DNA from: Trueperaceae bacterium
GTDB taxonomy: Bacteria; Deinococcota; Deinococci; Deinococcales; Trueperaceae
Reading direction: 5' to 3'
NCBI GenBank assembly: GCA_034521815.1
Contig: JAXHLW010000013.1
Span: 608,001-672,000, forward strand
Length of the DNA stretch: 64,000 nt
The position numbers and the translations under genes are program-made. The notes under the pieces were generated by a model. That model made no database searches. It was not told the DNA's origin and saw only the letters and a program-made list of their open reading frames with translations. Below are positions 35,052-45,023 of the stretch, one piece after another (position 1 is the stretch's first letter; every line of letters begins with the position of its first letter).

Positions 35052-36983
35052 ATGGCACGCCTCGACGAGATTCACCAGCCCAGCGACCTGAAACGCGTCC
35101 CGCGAGAGGAGCTCGCGGCCGTCGCGGACGAGCTCCGCTCCGAGATCATCCGCGTCTGCTCGACCACCGGCGGACACCTCGCGTCCAGCCTGGGCGCGGT
35201 CGAGCTCACCGTCGCGCTGCACTGGCTGTTCGACACCGAACGCGACCGCATCGTCTGGGACGTGGGGCATCAGACGTACGGCCACAAGATCCTCACCGGC
35301 CGGCGCGACCGGATGGCCACCATCCGCAAGCACGGCGGGCTGGCCGGGTTCACGACCAGCAGCGAGTCGCCGCACGACGCCCTGACCGTGGGGCACGCCT
35401 CGACCAGCCTGGCCGCGGCGCTGGGCATGGCCATGGCGCGCGACGGCCGCGGCGATGGCTACCGCGTCGCGGCCGTGATCGGCGACGGCGCGCTCACCGG
35501 CGGGATGGCGCTGGCCGCGCTGAACCAGATCGGTCACGTCAAGCCGACGATGACCGTGATCCTGAACGACAACGAGATGTCGATCAGCGAGAACGTCGGG
35601 GCGCTGAACCACTACATGCGGCACCTCCAGGTCCAGAAGTGGGTGCAGAAGGCCGAGGCGGGCGGCAAGAAGGCGCTCTCGGACGTCTGGAAGCCGCTGG
35701 CCGAGCTCGGTAGCCGCGCCAAGTCGGCCACACGTCGCTTCCTGGACCCGGCCAGCAACAACCCGTTCCACGCCATGGGGCTCCGCTACGTCGGGCCGAT
35801 CGACGGCCACGACGTGGACGCGCTGCTGTACTACCTGGAGAACATCGACCAGCTCGAGGGCCCGACGATGCTGCACATCGTCACCCGCAAAGGCAAGGGC
35901 TACACCGTGGCCGAGTCCGACCCGATCGCCTGGCACGGCGCATCGAAGTTCGACATGGCGGACCCCGTGGCCACCGGCAAGCCGTACCAGTGGTCCGACG
36001 CGTTCGGCGACGCCGCGATCGCGCTGACCGACCGCGACGACCGCGTCTGGGTGATCACCCCCGCCATGCGCGAGGGCTCCGGCCTGGTCGCGTTCTCCAA
36101 GGCGCACCCCGAGCGCTACCTGGACGTCGGCATCGCCGAGGACGTCGCCGTCACGACCGCCGCCGGCATGGCGCTGCGCGGCGAGAAGCCGATCGTGGCG
36201 ATCTACTCGAGCTTCCTGCAGCGCGGCTTCGATCAGGTGGTGCACGACGTCTCGATCGAGAATCTCGACGTGCTGTTCGCGATCGACCGCGCCGGCCTGG
36301 TGGGCGGCGACGGCGCGACGCACCAGGGCGTGTACGACCTGGCCTACCTCCGCTCGCTGCCGAACCTGTCGGTCGCCATGCCGCGCGACGCCTCGCAGCT
36401 CAGGGGCATGCTGCGGCGCGCGCTGGAGCTGGGCGGCCCGAAGGCCGTCCGCTGGCCCCGCGGATCGGTCGAGGCGCCGCCCGACGCCGAGCCGGACGCC
36501 TGGGACGACATCGCCTGGGGGACCGCCGAGGTGCTGAAGGAAGGCAGCGAGGCGTGGATCCTGGCGCTCGGACCGATGGTCGACTACGCGCTGGCGGTCG
36601 CCGACGACGATCCCCGAATCGGGGTCGTCGACGCGCGCTTCGTCAAGCCGCTGGACGAGGAGCTCATCTTGCGGCTGGCGCGCGACGGCGCGAAGCTGAT
36701 CACGATCGAGGATCACGCCCTGCCCGGCGGCTTCGGCTCGGCCGTGGCCGAGCTGCTGGCCGATCACGGCGTGCCCGCGCGCCTCACGCGGCTCGGGATT
36801 CCGGACGTGATCGTGCCGCACGGAGACCCCGCACGGCAGCACGAGGAGCTGGGCTACGGGCCCGATGCGCTGCGCGCCAAGATCGCGTCCATGATCGGCG
36901 AACGCCAGCCTGCGCAGGCCGCCCGAATGAGCGATCACGAGCCGTCCGAACGGGCCGCTCCCAGGGCCCGTTCGCTCCGTTGA
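35052..36983 (+). CDS. dxs: 1-deoxy-D-xylulose-5-phosphate synthase
   Basis: GGHLASSLGAVEL, WDVGHQ, GDGALTGG..LNDNEMSI and DRAGLVGGDGATH. Confidence 0.97.
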   Translation: MARLDEIHQPSDLKRVPREELAAVADELRSEIIRVCSTTGGHLASSLGAVELTVALHWLFDTERDRIVWDVGHQTYGHKILTGRRDRMATIRKHGGLAGFTTSSESPHDALTVGHASTSLAAALGMAMARDGRGDGYRVAAVIGDGALTGGMALAALNQIGHVKPTMTVILNDNEMSISENVGALNHYMRHLQVQKWVQKAEAGGKKALSDVWKPLAELGSRAKSATRRFLDPASNNPFHAMGLRYVGPIDGHDVDALLYYLENIDQLEGPTMLHIVTRKGKGYTVAESDPIAWHGASKFDMADPVATGKPYQWSDAFGDAAIALTDRDDRVWVITPAMREGSGLVAFSKAHPERYLDVGIAEDVAVTTAAGMALRGEKPIVAIYSSFLQRGFDQVVHDVSIENLDVLFAIDRAGLVGGDGATHQGVYDLAYLRSLPNLSVAMPRDASQLRGMLRRALELGGPKAVRWPRGSVEAPPDAEPDAWDDIAWGTAEVLKEGSEAWILALGPMVDYALAVADDDPRIGVVDARFVKPLDEELILRLARDGAKLITIEDHALPGGFGSAVAELLADHGVPARLTRLGIPDVIVPHGDPARQHEELGYGPDALRAKIASMIGERQPAQAARMSDHEPSERAAPRARSLR

Positions 36984-37008
36984 CAGCGCCTGGGAGGTCG
37001 GGTATTCT
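36980..37008 (+). promoter_or_regulatory. Sigma70-type promoter of the tRNA operon
   Basis: TTGACA-N17-TATTCT. The -35 box overlaps the dxs stop codon. Confidence 0.8.
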
Positions 37009-37042
37009 TCTCTCCGCGCTCGCCTCAGGGCGCCGCTTTCGT

Positions 37043-37118
37043 GGAGCCGTAGTGTAGCGGTTAGCATATCTGCCTGTCACGCAGAAGGTCGCGGGTTCGA
37101 ATCCCGTCGGCTCCGCCA
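37043..37118 (+). tRNA. tRNA-Asp(GTC)
   Basis: GGAGCCG acceptor stem, anticodon arm CTGCCT-GTC-ACGCAG, GGTTCGAATCC and encoded CCA. Confidence 0.97.
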
Positions 37119-37156
37119 CGAACGGACCGGGCGCCCCGCGGGGCGCCCTCCGACAA

Positions 37157-37232
37157 GGCCGGGTAGCTCAGTAGGTAGAGCATACGACTGAAAATCGTAG
37201 TGTCGGCGGTTCGATCCCGCCCCCGGCCACCA
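37157..37232 (+). tRNA. tRNA-Phe(GAA)
   Basis: GGCCGGG acceptor stem, TACGACT-GAA-AATCGTA, T-loop and encoded CCA. Confidence 0.97.
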
Positions 37233-37283
37233 ACGCCGCTCGGCCTGTTCGCACCGGTTCATTAACGAGCCGGCCCCGTGCGC

Positions 37284-37358
37284 GCCAATGTAGCTCAGCG
37301 GTAGAGCAGCCGATTCGTAATCGGCAGGTCGTCGGTTCAATTCCGACCATTGGCTCCA
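37284..37358 (+). tRNA. tRNA-Thr(CGT)
   Basis: GCCAATG/CATTGGC acceptor stem, GCCGATT-CGT-AATCGGC and encoded CCA. Confidence 0.97.
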
Positions 37359-37363
37359 AGACC

Positions 37364-37392
37364 GAACCCCGTCCCCGTGGCGGGGTTCTCGC
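37364..37392 (+). terminator. Probable terminator after the tRNA operon
   Basis: Hairpin GAACCCCGTC-cccgt-GGCGGGGTTC with a weak U-tract. Confidence 0.55.
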
Positions 37393-37577
37393 TCGATCGG
37401 CCCTTCGCGTCGTCACTCGCGTCGGTACAGGACGCGCGCAGCCGCCCGCGATCCCCTCATCGGCGCCCACCGAATGAAGTTTCGAACGCACCGCCAAGCC
37501 CCCTGACTCTATGCTCGTCCGTAGCGCTGGGAGGGGCAGAACGCCCGTCCACGCGGCGTGCGGGGGATCCCTGACCG

Positions 37578-38141
37578 ATGCGACTCTACTTCGTTCGACA
37601 CGGCGAGCCGGACTACGGCAGCCTCGGAAGCCCGAGGCTGGGGTCGGGCGCGCACGATCTGGCTCCGCTCACCTCGATCGGACGGCTGCAGATCGACACC
37701 ATCGCGCGCGACTACCGGCTGCAGGACGTCGACGCGGTGCTGTCGTCGAGCTACGCCCGCTCGCTCGAGTCCGCTGCCCTTCTCGCCCGCGCCGTGGGCA
37801 AGCCGTTCTTCGTCGAGGTGGACCTGCACGAGTGGCGGGCGCACCCCGATCCGGCTCGCGAGCTGGATCCGGATCTGCTTCGCCGCGCCGCTGAGAGACT
37901 GAGCTCGGGCGAGGATCCCGGCGACGGGCCGTGGGAGACGCTGGACGAGGTCCGTGAGCGGGTCGTTCGCGTCCTACGCCGCTACCGCCAGTTCGACAGC
38001 CTGGCCGTCGTCAGTCACGCCGTCGTGATCGCCGCGATGATCGGCGTGGATCGCCCCGTCGACCACGCCGAGATCGTGCCGGTCGACCTGGACCCCGACG
38101 CCCCGCCCAGCGTGAAGGGCCGCACCCGCACGCCGCGCTGA
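37578..38141 (+). CDS. Histidine phosphatase (phosphoglycerate mutase) family protein
   Basis: LYFVRHGE, SSSYARSLES and VVSHAVVI. Confidence 0.88.
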   Translation: MRLYFVRHGEPDYGSLGSPRLGSGAHDLAPLTSIGRLQIDTIARDYRLQDVDAVLSSSYARSLESAALLARAVGKPFFVEVDLHEWRAHPDPARELDPDLLRRAAERLSSGEDPGDGPWETLDEVRERVVRVLRRYRQFDSLAVVSHAVVIAAMIGVDRPVDHAEIVPVDLDPDAPPSVKGRTRTPR

Positions 38142-38210
38142 CACCGCGACCACAACGCCACGACACCGCGACGACACTGCGCTGTCGAGACCCCAGCGCT
38201 GCGACGCCCC

Positions 38211-39578
38211 TCAGCGCCGGTGCACGCGAACCTGAAGCCCACCCTCGGGATGCAGCGTCATGCCCACCGGCTTCCTGGGCCCCTCGCCCAGCGGCTCGAC
38301 CCGGTAGCGGCCCAGCGTCAACGCCAGCCCGGTCTTGATCAACGCTGTCGCAGTGCCCGCGCCGATGCAGTGCCGCACGCCGTAGCCGAACGGCAGGTAC
38401 GCGAACGGCGGCGGCTCGCTGCTCACGAACCGCTCCGGATCGAACCGGTCCGGCTCGTGGAACGAGGCGGGGTCGAGGTGCGTCCGCAGGATCGACAACG
38501 CCACCCGGCTCCCCGCGGGCACGACGTGGCCCAGAATCTCGACCTCTCGCACGGTGCGCCGCAGCGCGGCCGCCGCCGGTGGGCGTAGACGAAGCGTCTC
38601 CTTCACGAACGCATCGGTGTACGGCGCCGCCTGCGCGGAGGCCGGGTCGCCGTGCGCCAGCTCGGCGGCGAGGCGCGCCCCCTGCTCGGGATGCTCGTCC
38701 GCCATCGCCAGGCACCAGGCGAGCGCCGCGGCGGTGGTGTCGAACCCGGCCGAGATCAGGCTGAGGCTCTGGTCGCGCAGCTCGCGGTCGCTGAGCTCCC
38801 CCTCGCTGAGTTCCCCCTCGCCGGCTGGCGAGGCCATCAGCAGCCCGAGGACGTCGCCCGTCGGCTGGGCGTCGTCGGCCGGCGGGCCGCTCGCGTCCGC
38901 ACGTCGCCGTGCGATCTCGGCGTACAGCGCGTCGTCGACGCGCCGCCGGGCGGCCGTGAACCGTGCCCACGGGGTGCCCGGGATCGGCAGCTTCCACTGC
39001 TGCTCCAGCATCGGCCGGCCGGGGAAGTCCATCAGCGCGTCGACGTCGCGGAGCCAGTGGTCGTCCCGCGCCAGCGGCACGTCGCCCAGCACGATCCGCG
39101 CCACGATCCGGACCAGCCTGGGTCGCGCCTCGCGGTAGAGGTCGAACGGCTGGCCCAGGGCGGCTCGCTCGGCCAGCCACGGCTCCAGGATGCCTTCGCC
39201 CGTCGCCAGCCACGAGGCGACCTGCCGTCCGTGGAAGGCGGGCTGGACCCGTCGGCGGCGTTGCAGATGCTCAGGCTCGTCGCTGGAGATGAGGGCCGTG
39301 TCGCCGCCGACCGGCCTCAGGAAGTCGTACCCGCCACGTTGCGAGAAGGCGTCCAGCTCGTCCCGCAGGATGGTGCGGGCCGCGTCGGGACCCACGAACC
39401 AGTGGAACCGGATCGGTCCGAACCCGAACGCGAACGCCGGACCCAGCTCCTCGTTCAGCTGCGCGACCGCGGCGTGAAGGTCGCGTCCGGCCAGCTCCAG
39501 AGCGCGTAGGTGCGCACGCCCCCTGGGCGCCGGCACGCCCGGACGGGCCCCGGCCGCGTCGCCGGCGACGCCGGGCAT
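38211..39578 (-). CDS. Cytochrome P450
   Basis: I-helix SAGFDTT, ExxR (ETLR), FDPERF and heme motif FGYGVRHCIG. Confidence 0.93.
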   Translation of the reverse strand: MPGVAGDAAGARPGVPAPRGRAHLRALELAGRDLHAAVAQLNEELGPAFAFGFGPIRFHWFVGPDAARTILRDELDAFSQRGGYDFLRPVGGDTALISSDEPEHLQRRRRVQPAFHGRQVASWLATGEGILEPWLAERAALGQPFDLYREARPRLVRIVARIVLGDVPLARDDHWLRDVDALMDFPGRPMLEQQWKLPIPGTPWARFTAARRRVDDALYAEIARRRADASGPPADDAQPTGDVLGLLMASPAGEGELSEGELSDRELRDQSLSLISAGFDTTAAALAWCLAMADEHPEQGARLAAELAHGDPASAQAAPYTDAFVKETLRLRPPAAAALRRTVREVEILGHVVPAGSRVALSILRTHLDPASFHEPDRFDPERFVSSEPPPFAYLPFGYGVRHCIGAGTATALIKTGLALTLGRYRVEPLGEGPRKPVGMTLHPEGGLQVRVHRR

Positions 39579-39583
39579 GCGCC

Positions 39584-40321
39584 TCAGCGCACGCCGTGCA
39601 GGACCTCTTCGAGGCCCTGCGTATCGGTGAGGAGGATCTCCTTGGGGCGGGTTTCGATCACGCCCTCGGCCTCCAGTGCACGCAGCGCGCGCGTGACGGT
39701 CTCGCGGCTGGTGCCGGCCATGTTGGCCAGCTCCTGGTGCGTCAGGCGGATCAGCGGCGGACCGTCGCTCAGCTCGACCACGCCGGCACGGTGCAGCTGC
39801 AGCAGGACGTACGCCACGCGGCCCTGCGCGTCCTTGTACGACAGCACCTGCGCCTCGTCGTCCATCCCGCGCAGGCGGCGGGCCAGCGTCGTGTTCACGT
39901 TCAGGCCGACCCTGGGATGGTCGCGCATCAGGCGGTGGAAGTCGTCGCCGAACAGCAGCAGCGCCTCGACGTTCTCGACCGCCACGGCGGTAGCGCTGCG
40001 CGTCCCTTCGGACAGCGGCGCCATCTCGCCGAAGAACTCGGGCGGCCGCAGCAGGGCCAGCGTCTTCTCGTGCCCGCCGAGATCCACCTTGGACAGCTTC
40101 ACGGTGCCCTGCCGCAACAGGTACACCGCCTCACCGACGTCCCCTTCGCGAAAGAGGACCGCGCCCGCCGGGTACGCGCGCTTCTGCACGGCCCCCGCGA
40201 CGATGTCCAGCAAGCGGTCGTCCGCGCCGGAGAACAGCGGTACGTCGGCCAGGAAGGCGAGCAGCTCGGCGTGCGGAGCACGGTCGTCTCCGGATGCGTC
40301 GTTGGGAGAGGAAGGTGTCAT
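39584..40321 (-). CDS. Crp/Fnr-family transcriptional regulator
   Basis: cNMP domain (FGEMA..RSATA) and HTH LTHQELANMAGTSRETVTR. Confidence 0.93.
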   Translation of the reverse strand: MTPSSPNDASGDDRAPHAELLAFLADVPLFSGADDRLLDIVAGAVQKRAYPAGAVLFREGDVGEAVYLLRQGTVKLSKVDLGGHEKTLALLRPPEFFGEMAPLSEGTRSATAVAVENVEALLLFGDDFHRLMRDHPRVGLNVNTTLARRLRGMDDEAQVLSYKDAQGRVAYVLLQLHRAGVVELSDGPPLIRLTHQELANMAGTSRETVTRALRALEAEGVIETRPKEILLTDTQGLEEVLHGVR

Positions 40322-40379
40322 ATCTCGTCGGGCAAGGTACCACGGCTCGCGACGTCACGGCTTGCTAGCATGGGCGGCC

Positions 40380-41048
40380 GTGAACCCCGTTCTCGCCTGC
40401 CGCGACCTGCGCCGCGACTTCGTGACGCCCGCCGGCGTGCTGCCGATCCTGGCCGGAGCCGAGCTCGAGGTGCGCGCTGGCGAGGTGGTCGCGGTGCTGG
40501 GCCCCTCGGGCAGCGGCAAGACGACTCTGTTGCACCTGCTGGCCGGGCTGGACCGGCCGACGTCGGGCGAGGTGTGGTGGGGCGACGAGGCGGTGCACGC
40601 CCGTCCGCCGCGCGAGCTGGCCCGGCTGCGAGCCCAGCGGGTCGGCCTGGTGTTCCAGGATCCGCACCTGCTTTCCGAGCTGGACGCGCTCGCGAACGTG
40701 ACCCTCCCCGGCCGTATTCGTGGGCACGCCTCGGCCGAGCGGGGCATGGCGCTGCTGGCCGCGGTCGGGCTGGCGGAGCGCGCTCACGCCCGGCCCGCGA
40801 CGCTGTCCGGCGGCGAGCGTCAGCGCGTCGCGGTCGCCCGTGCCCTCTACGCCGATCCTCCGGTCGTGCTGGCCGACGAGCCGACCGGAAGCCTCGATCG
40901 CGCGACCGCGAAGACCGTCTACGATCTGCTCGTTCGCCTCGCGCGGGAGCGCGGCCGCGCGATCGTCATGGTCACCCACGACGAAGGCCTCGTGGTCGAT
41001 GTCGATGCACGGTTCCGACTCGAGGACGGGCGGTTGATTCGTGTCTGA
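40380..41048 (+). CDS. LolD/MacB-type ABC ATP-binding protein
   Basis: GPSGSGKTT, LSGGERQRVAVAR and ADEPTGSLD. GTG start after TAGCAT. Confidence 0.9.
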   Translation: MNPVLACRDLRRDFVTPAGVLPILAGAELEVRAGEVVAVLGPSGSGKTTLLHLLAGLDRPTSGEVWWGDEAVHARPPRELARLRAQRVGLVFQDPHLLSELDALANVTLPGRIRGHASAERGMALLAAVGLAERAHARPATLSGGERQRVAVARALYADPPVVLADEPTGSLDRATAKTVYDLLVRLARERGRAIVMVTHDEGLVVDVDARFRLEDGRLIRV

Positions 41049-41172
41049 CGAAGCCGCCGCGCCGGGGCTCCGCTCGGCCTTCGCGTGCTAGGATCGAACT
41101 TGATGCAGGACAGATGCTCGTCTCGAACCCCATCGACGGGCCGTCCTGCCCACTCACGCTTTAGGAGGTTGC

Positions 41173-42747
41173 ATGAGGTTGAATAGGTTCACCATCGTAC
41201 TCGCAGCACTATCGGTCTTCGGACTGGCCGCAGCCCAGACGCTCGTCTTCGGGAACTCCGGTCAGCCGTCCTCGATGGACTCCGCCGACACGCAAGACGG
41301 CGAGTCCCTCGTCGTCAGCGGTCAGGTCACCGAGACGCTGATCGGCTTCGCGCCCGGCAGCGCCGAGCTCGAGCCGAAGCTGGCCGTCTCCTGGTCGACC
41401 AACGAGGCCGCCGACGTGTGGACGTTCGAGCTCCGCGAGGGCGTCCAGTTCCACGACGGTACGGCGTTCGACGCCGAGGCCGTCAAGTTCAGCTACGACC
41501 GCTGGAACCTGCTGGACCACCCCTACTCGTTCCGTGACGAGGGCAAGAACTACGTGCCCTTCGGCTGGGTCTTCGGCGGACCGCGCGGCGAAGGCGGCAT
41601 CATCGACGAGGTCGTCGCCACCGGCGAGCTCACCGTCGAGTTCCACCTGACGCAGCCCGTGCCGTTCTTCCCGGCCCTGGTCGCGGCCAACTACTTCCAG
41701 ATCGACAGCCCGGCTGCCGTGATGGAAGCCGGCGCCGACTACGGCAGTCCTTCGGTGGGCTCCGTCGGTACCGGTCCGTTCGTGTTCGAAGAGTGGGTCG
41801 AGGGTCAGCGCGTGCGCCTGAGCGCCAACGAGAACTACTGGGGCGGCGCGCCCAGCGTCGACGAGGTCGTGTTCCGGCCGATCCTCGAGCCGACCGCTCG
41901 CCTCGCCGAGCTGCAGGCCGGCGCGATCGACATCGCCGTCAACCTGCCCGCCGACAACCTGCAGACCGTCGAGAACGACGATGGCCTGGTCACCGCCGTC
42001 GCCAACGGCGAGCTGAACGTCGGCTACGTCGGCATCTCGCACGCCGAAGAGCACCCGATGAGCGACGTGCGGGTCCGCCAGGCGATCGCGCACGCGATCG
42101 ATCGCGATGCGATCGTGGACGCGTTCTACACCGGGACCGGCATGGTCGCGGAGGACCACCTGGCCGCCTCGCTGTTCGGTCACGGCATGGACTGGCCGTA
42201 CGAGTACGATCCCGAGCGCGCCATGGAGCTGCTGGCCGAGGCCGGCTACCCTGACGGCTTCGAGACCGAGCTCTGGTACATGCCGGTCAGCCGCCCGTAC
42301 TACCCGGCGCCGCAGCCGATCGCCGAGACGATCGCCAGCTACCTCGCCGACGTCGGCATCCAGGCCGACGTGCTGACCGAGGACTGGACGACCTACCTGG
42401 CCGACTACCGCGAAGGCAAGTTCCCGATGTGGATGCTCGGCTGGAACGCCGACTACGCCGATCCGGACAACTTCCTGCGCACCTTCTTCGGCGCCGACGG
42501 CGCAGCCGCCTACGACTGGGACCGTGACGAGGTCATCGCCATGCTGGACGAGGCCACCCGCGTCGCCGACCAGGACCGCCGTGCAGAGCTGTACGCAAGC
42601 GTGATCGAAGCCGTGGCCGAGCAGGCCGCCTCGATCCCGATGGCGCACAACAACACCCTGCACGCCCACCGCACCAACATCTCCGGTTGGACGCCGAGCC
42701 CGCTCGGCTACAGCTCGGTGTCGCTGGTGCCCGTCACCAAGGAGTAA
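41173..42747 (+). CDS. Peptide ABC transporter substrate-binding protein (family 5, DppA-like), copy 1
   Basis: Signal peptide, FELREGVQFHDGT, GTGPF, VRQAIAHAIDR and RPYYP. Confidence 0.92.
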   Translation: MRLNRFTIVLAALSVFGLAAAQTLVFGNSGQPSSMDSADTQDGESLVVSGQVTETLIGFAPGSAELEPKLAVSWSTNEAADVWTFELREGVQFHDGTAFDAEAVKFSYDRWNLLDHPYSFRDEGKNYVPFGWVFGGPRGEGGIIDEVVATGELTVEFHLTQPVPFFPALVAANYFQIDSPAAVMEAGADYGSPSVGSVGTGPFVFEEWVEGQRVRLSANENYWGGAPSVDEVVFRPILEPTARLAELQAGAIDIAVNLPADNLQTVENDDGLVTAVANGELNVGYVGISHAEEHPMSDVRVRQAIAHAIDRDAIVDAFYTGTGMVAEDHLAASLFGHGMDWPYEYDPERAMELLAEAGYPDGFETELWYMPVSRPYYPAPQPIAETIASYLADVGIQADVLTEDWTTYLADYREGKFPMWMLGWNADYADPDNFLRTFFGADGAAAYDWDRDEVIAMLDEATRVADQDRRAELYASVIEAVAEQAASIPMAHNNTLHAHRTNISGWTPSPLGYSSVSLVPVTKE

Positions 42748-42887
42748 GCGACCCTCGCTCGCCACGCCGGACGCCTTCGGGCGTCCGGCGATCTTCGCGA
42801 CCGGGGACCGCTCCGGACCTATTTGGCTGCTCGTATTCGTAGGACCGCCGGCGCCCCACATGGCGCCCGCGGTGGTGGAGGTTTCGC

Positions 42888-43940
42888 TTGACCACCTACG
42901 TGCTGCGTCGCGTCCTGGGACTGATTCCCGTCCTGTTCGGCGTGTCGCTCCTGCTGTTCCTGATCACCCGACTGATTCCCGGCGACCCGGCCGTCGCTCT
43001 GCTCGGCCAGCGCGCCTCACCGGCAGCGCTTCAGCAGCTTCGGATCGACCTGGGACTCACCCTGCCCGTCTGGTTCAACGTCGGGGCGGTGCTCGAGCGC
43101 GGCCCGCTGGCCCTGTTCGACTCCCAGTACTTCAACTACATGGGCGACCTGCTGAGCGGCGACCTCGGCCGCTCGGTGTTCAGCCGCATTCCGGTCACCG
43201 ATAGCCTGCTGGTGCGCTTCCCGGCCACCCTCGAGCTGGCGCTCGCGGCGATGCTGGTGGCGCTGGTCGTCGGCATCCCGGCCGGCGTGTACGCCGCCCT
43301 TCACCGCGGGCGACTTCCGGACACGCTGATCATGACGTTCGCGCTTTCGGGCGTGTCCTTCCCGGTGTTCTGGCTGGCGATCATCCTGATCTACATCTTC
43401 GCCGTGACGCTCGGCTGGCTGCCGCCGTCGTCGCGGATCGGCGTGTCCAGCGACCTGAACGAGATCACCAACCTGTACCTCCTCGACGCGGTGTTGACCA
43501 GGAACTGGAGCGCCTTGTCCGACGTCGCGCGTCACCTGGTGCTGCCGGCGATCGCGTTGGGCACCATCCCGCTGGCGATCGTGGTGCGGATGACGCGCTC
43601 GACGATGCTCGAGGTGCTCAGCCAGGACTACGTGCGGACCGCGCGCAGCAAGGGCGTGGGCGAGCGCGAGGTCGTCATCAAGCACGCGCTCCGCAACGCG
43701 ATGCTGCCGGTGATCACCGTCATCGGGCTCAGCTTCGGCACCCTTCTCTCCGGCGCGATCCTGACCGAGACGGTGTTCAGCTGGCCCGGGATCGGCCGCT
43801 GGATCTACGACGCCATCGGCTCGCGCGACTACCCGATCATTCAGGGCGGCGTGCTGTTCATCGCGGTCACCTTCGCCATCGTCAACCTGCTGGTCGACCT
43901 GTCCTACGCGCTGATCGATCCGCGCATCCAGTACACGTGA
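42888..43940 (+). CDS. dppB: Peptide ABC permease
   Basis: PGDP, RFPATLELA, DYVRTARSKG..HALRNA, ETVFSWPGIG and DPRI. TTG start. Confidence 0.9.
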   Translation: MTTYVLRRVLGLIPVLFGVSLLLFLITRLIPGDPAVALLGQRASPAALQQLRIDLGLTLPVWFNVGAVLERGPLALFDSQYFNYMGDLLSGDLGRSVFSRIPVTDSLLVRFPATLELALAAMLVALVVGIPAGVYAALHRGRLPDTLIMTFALSGVSFPVFWLAIILIYIFAVTLGWLPPSSRIGVSSDLNEITNLYLLDAVLTRNWSALSDVARHLVLPAIALGTIPLAIVVRMTRSTMLEVLSQDYVRTARSKGVGEREVVIKHALRNAMLPVITVIGLSFGTLLSGAILTETVFSWPGIGRWIYDAIGSRDYPIIQGGVLFIAVTFAIVNLLVDLSYALIDPRIQYT

Positions 43941-43950
43941 GGAGTCGGCC

Positions 43951-44839
43951 GTGAGCACATCCGATGCGGCCCCGCGGCGGGCACGCCTGTTCGGCGAAAG
44001 CGTCCTGGGCGACCAGCTGCGCAAGTTCTTCCGCCACACCACCGGCGTGACCGGGCTGATCATCGTCGGCGCGTTCGTGTTGATCTCGCTGCTCGCGCCC
44101 GTGCTGGCGCCCTACGACGCCAGCCGTGACCGCGACCTGCGCGCGCGACTCAACCCGCCCTCGGCCGAGCACCTGTTCGGCACCGACGAGCTGGGTCGCG
44201 ACCAGCTGATCCGCGTCTGGCACGGTGGCCGCATCAGTCTCCGCGTCGGACTCGCCGCCGTCGCCATGGCGGTCGTGGTCGGCTCGATCCTGGGCCTGAT
44301 CGCCGGCTACGTCGGCGGCTGGATCGACACGCTGATCATGTGGGTGATCGACATCTTGCTGGCGTTCCCGGGGATTCTGCTGGCGATCGCGATCGTGGCG
44401 ACATTGGGGCCCAACCTCACCAACGCGCTGATCGCGATCAGCGTCACCCAGGTCCCGATCTATGCGCGGATCATCCGCTCCGTGGTGCTGTCGCTGCGTG
44501 AATCGGAGTACGTCCAGGCGGCCCGGGCGCTCGGGCGCCAACCCGTTTCGGATCGTGCTTCGGCATCTGCTGCCGAACAGCCTCAGTCCGATCATCGTGC
44601 AGCTCACGCTGTCGATCGGCATCGCGATCCTGGACGTGGCGGCGCTGGGCTTCCTGGGCCTGGGCGCGCAGCCGCCCGCACCGGAGTGGGGCCTGATGAT
44701 TCGAGACGGCTTCTCGCAGTTCCTGCGAGCGCCGTGGATGTCGATCTTCCCGGGCATCGCCATCTTCCTCTCCGTGATCGGCTTCAACCTGCTGGGCGAC
44801 GCGATTCGCGACGTGCTGGATCCACGCCTGGCGGAGTAG
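43951..44839 (+). CDS. dppC: Peptide ABC permease, frameshift near 44535
   Basis: HLFGTDELGRD and YVQAARALG, then RHLLPN..LGFLGLG..PEWG..DPR in ORF 44462..44839. Confidence 0.88.
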
Positions 44840-45023
44840 CCGAACCGGTTCGCCGACATCCGAACCAGGAGCGTCCGCGAGGGCGCTCCTCGTCTCGTGA
44901 CGCCGCCGCCGGTGCACCGCGAAGCGCGCCGTGCGCCCTGAAACCGTGTGCTAGCCTTTCGCGAAGGGACGGGACGCCTGCGCCGCTCGGCCGGGACGTT
45001 CCGCCCTGATCCCCGGAGGTCCT

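Noticed and set aside
37043-37600. tRNA cluster as an island integration site
   Set aside because: There is no integrase or duplicated tRNA 3' end, and the downstream genes look native.
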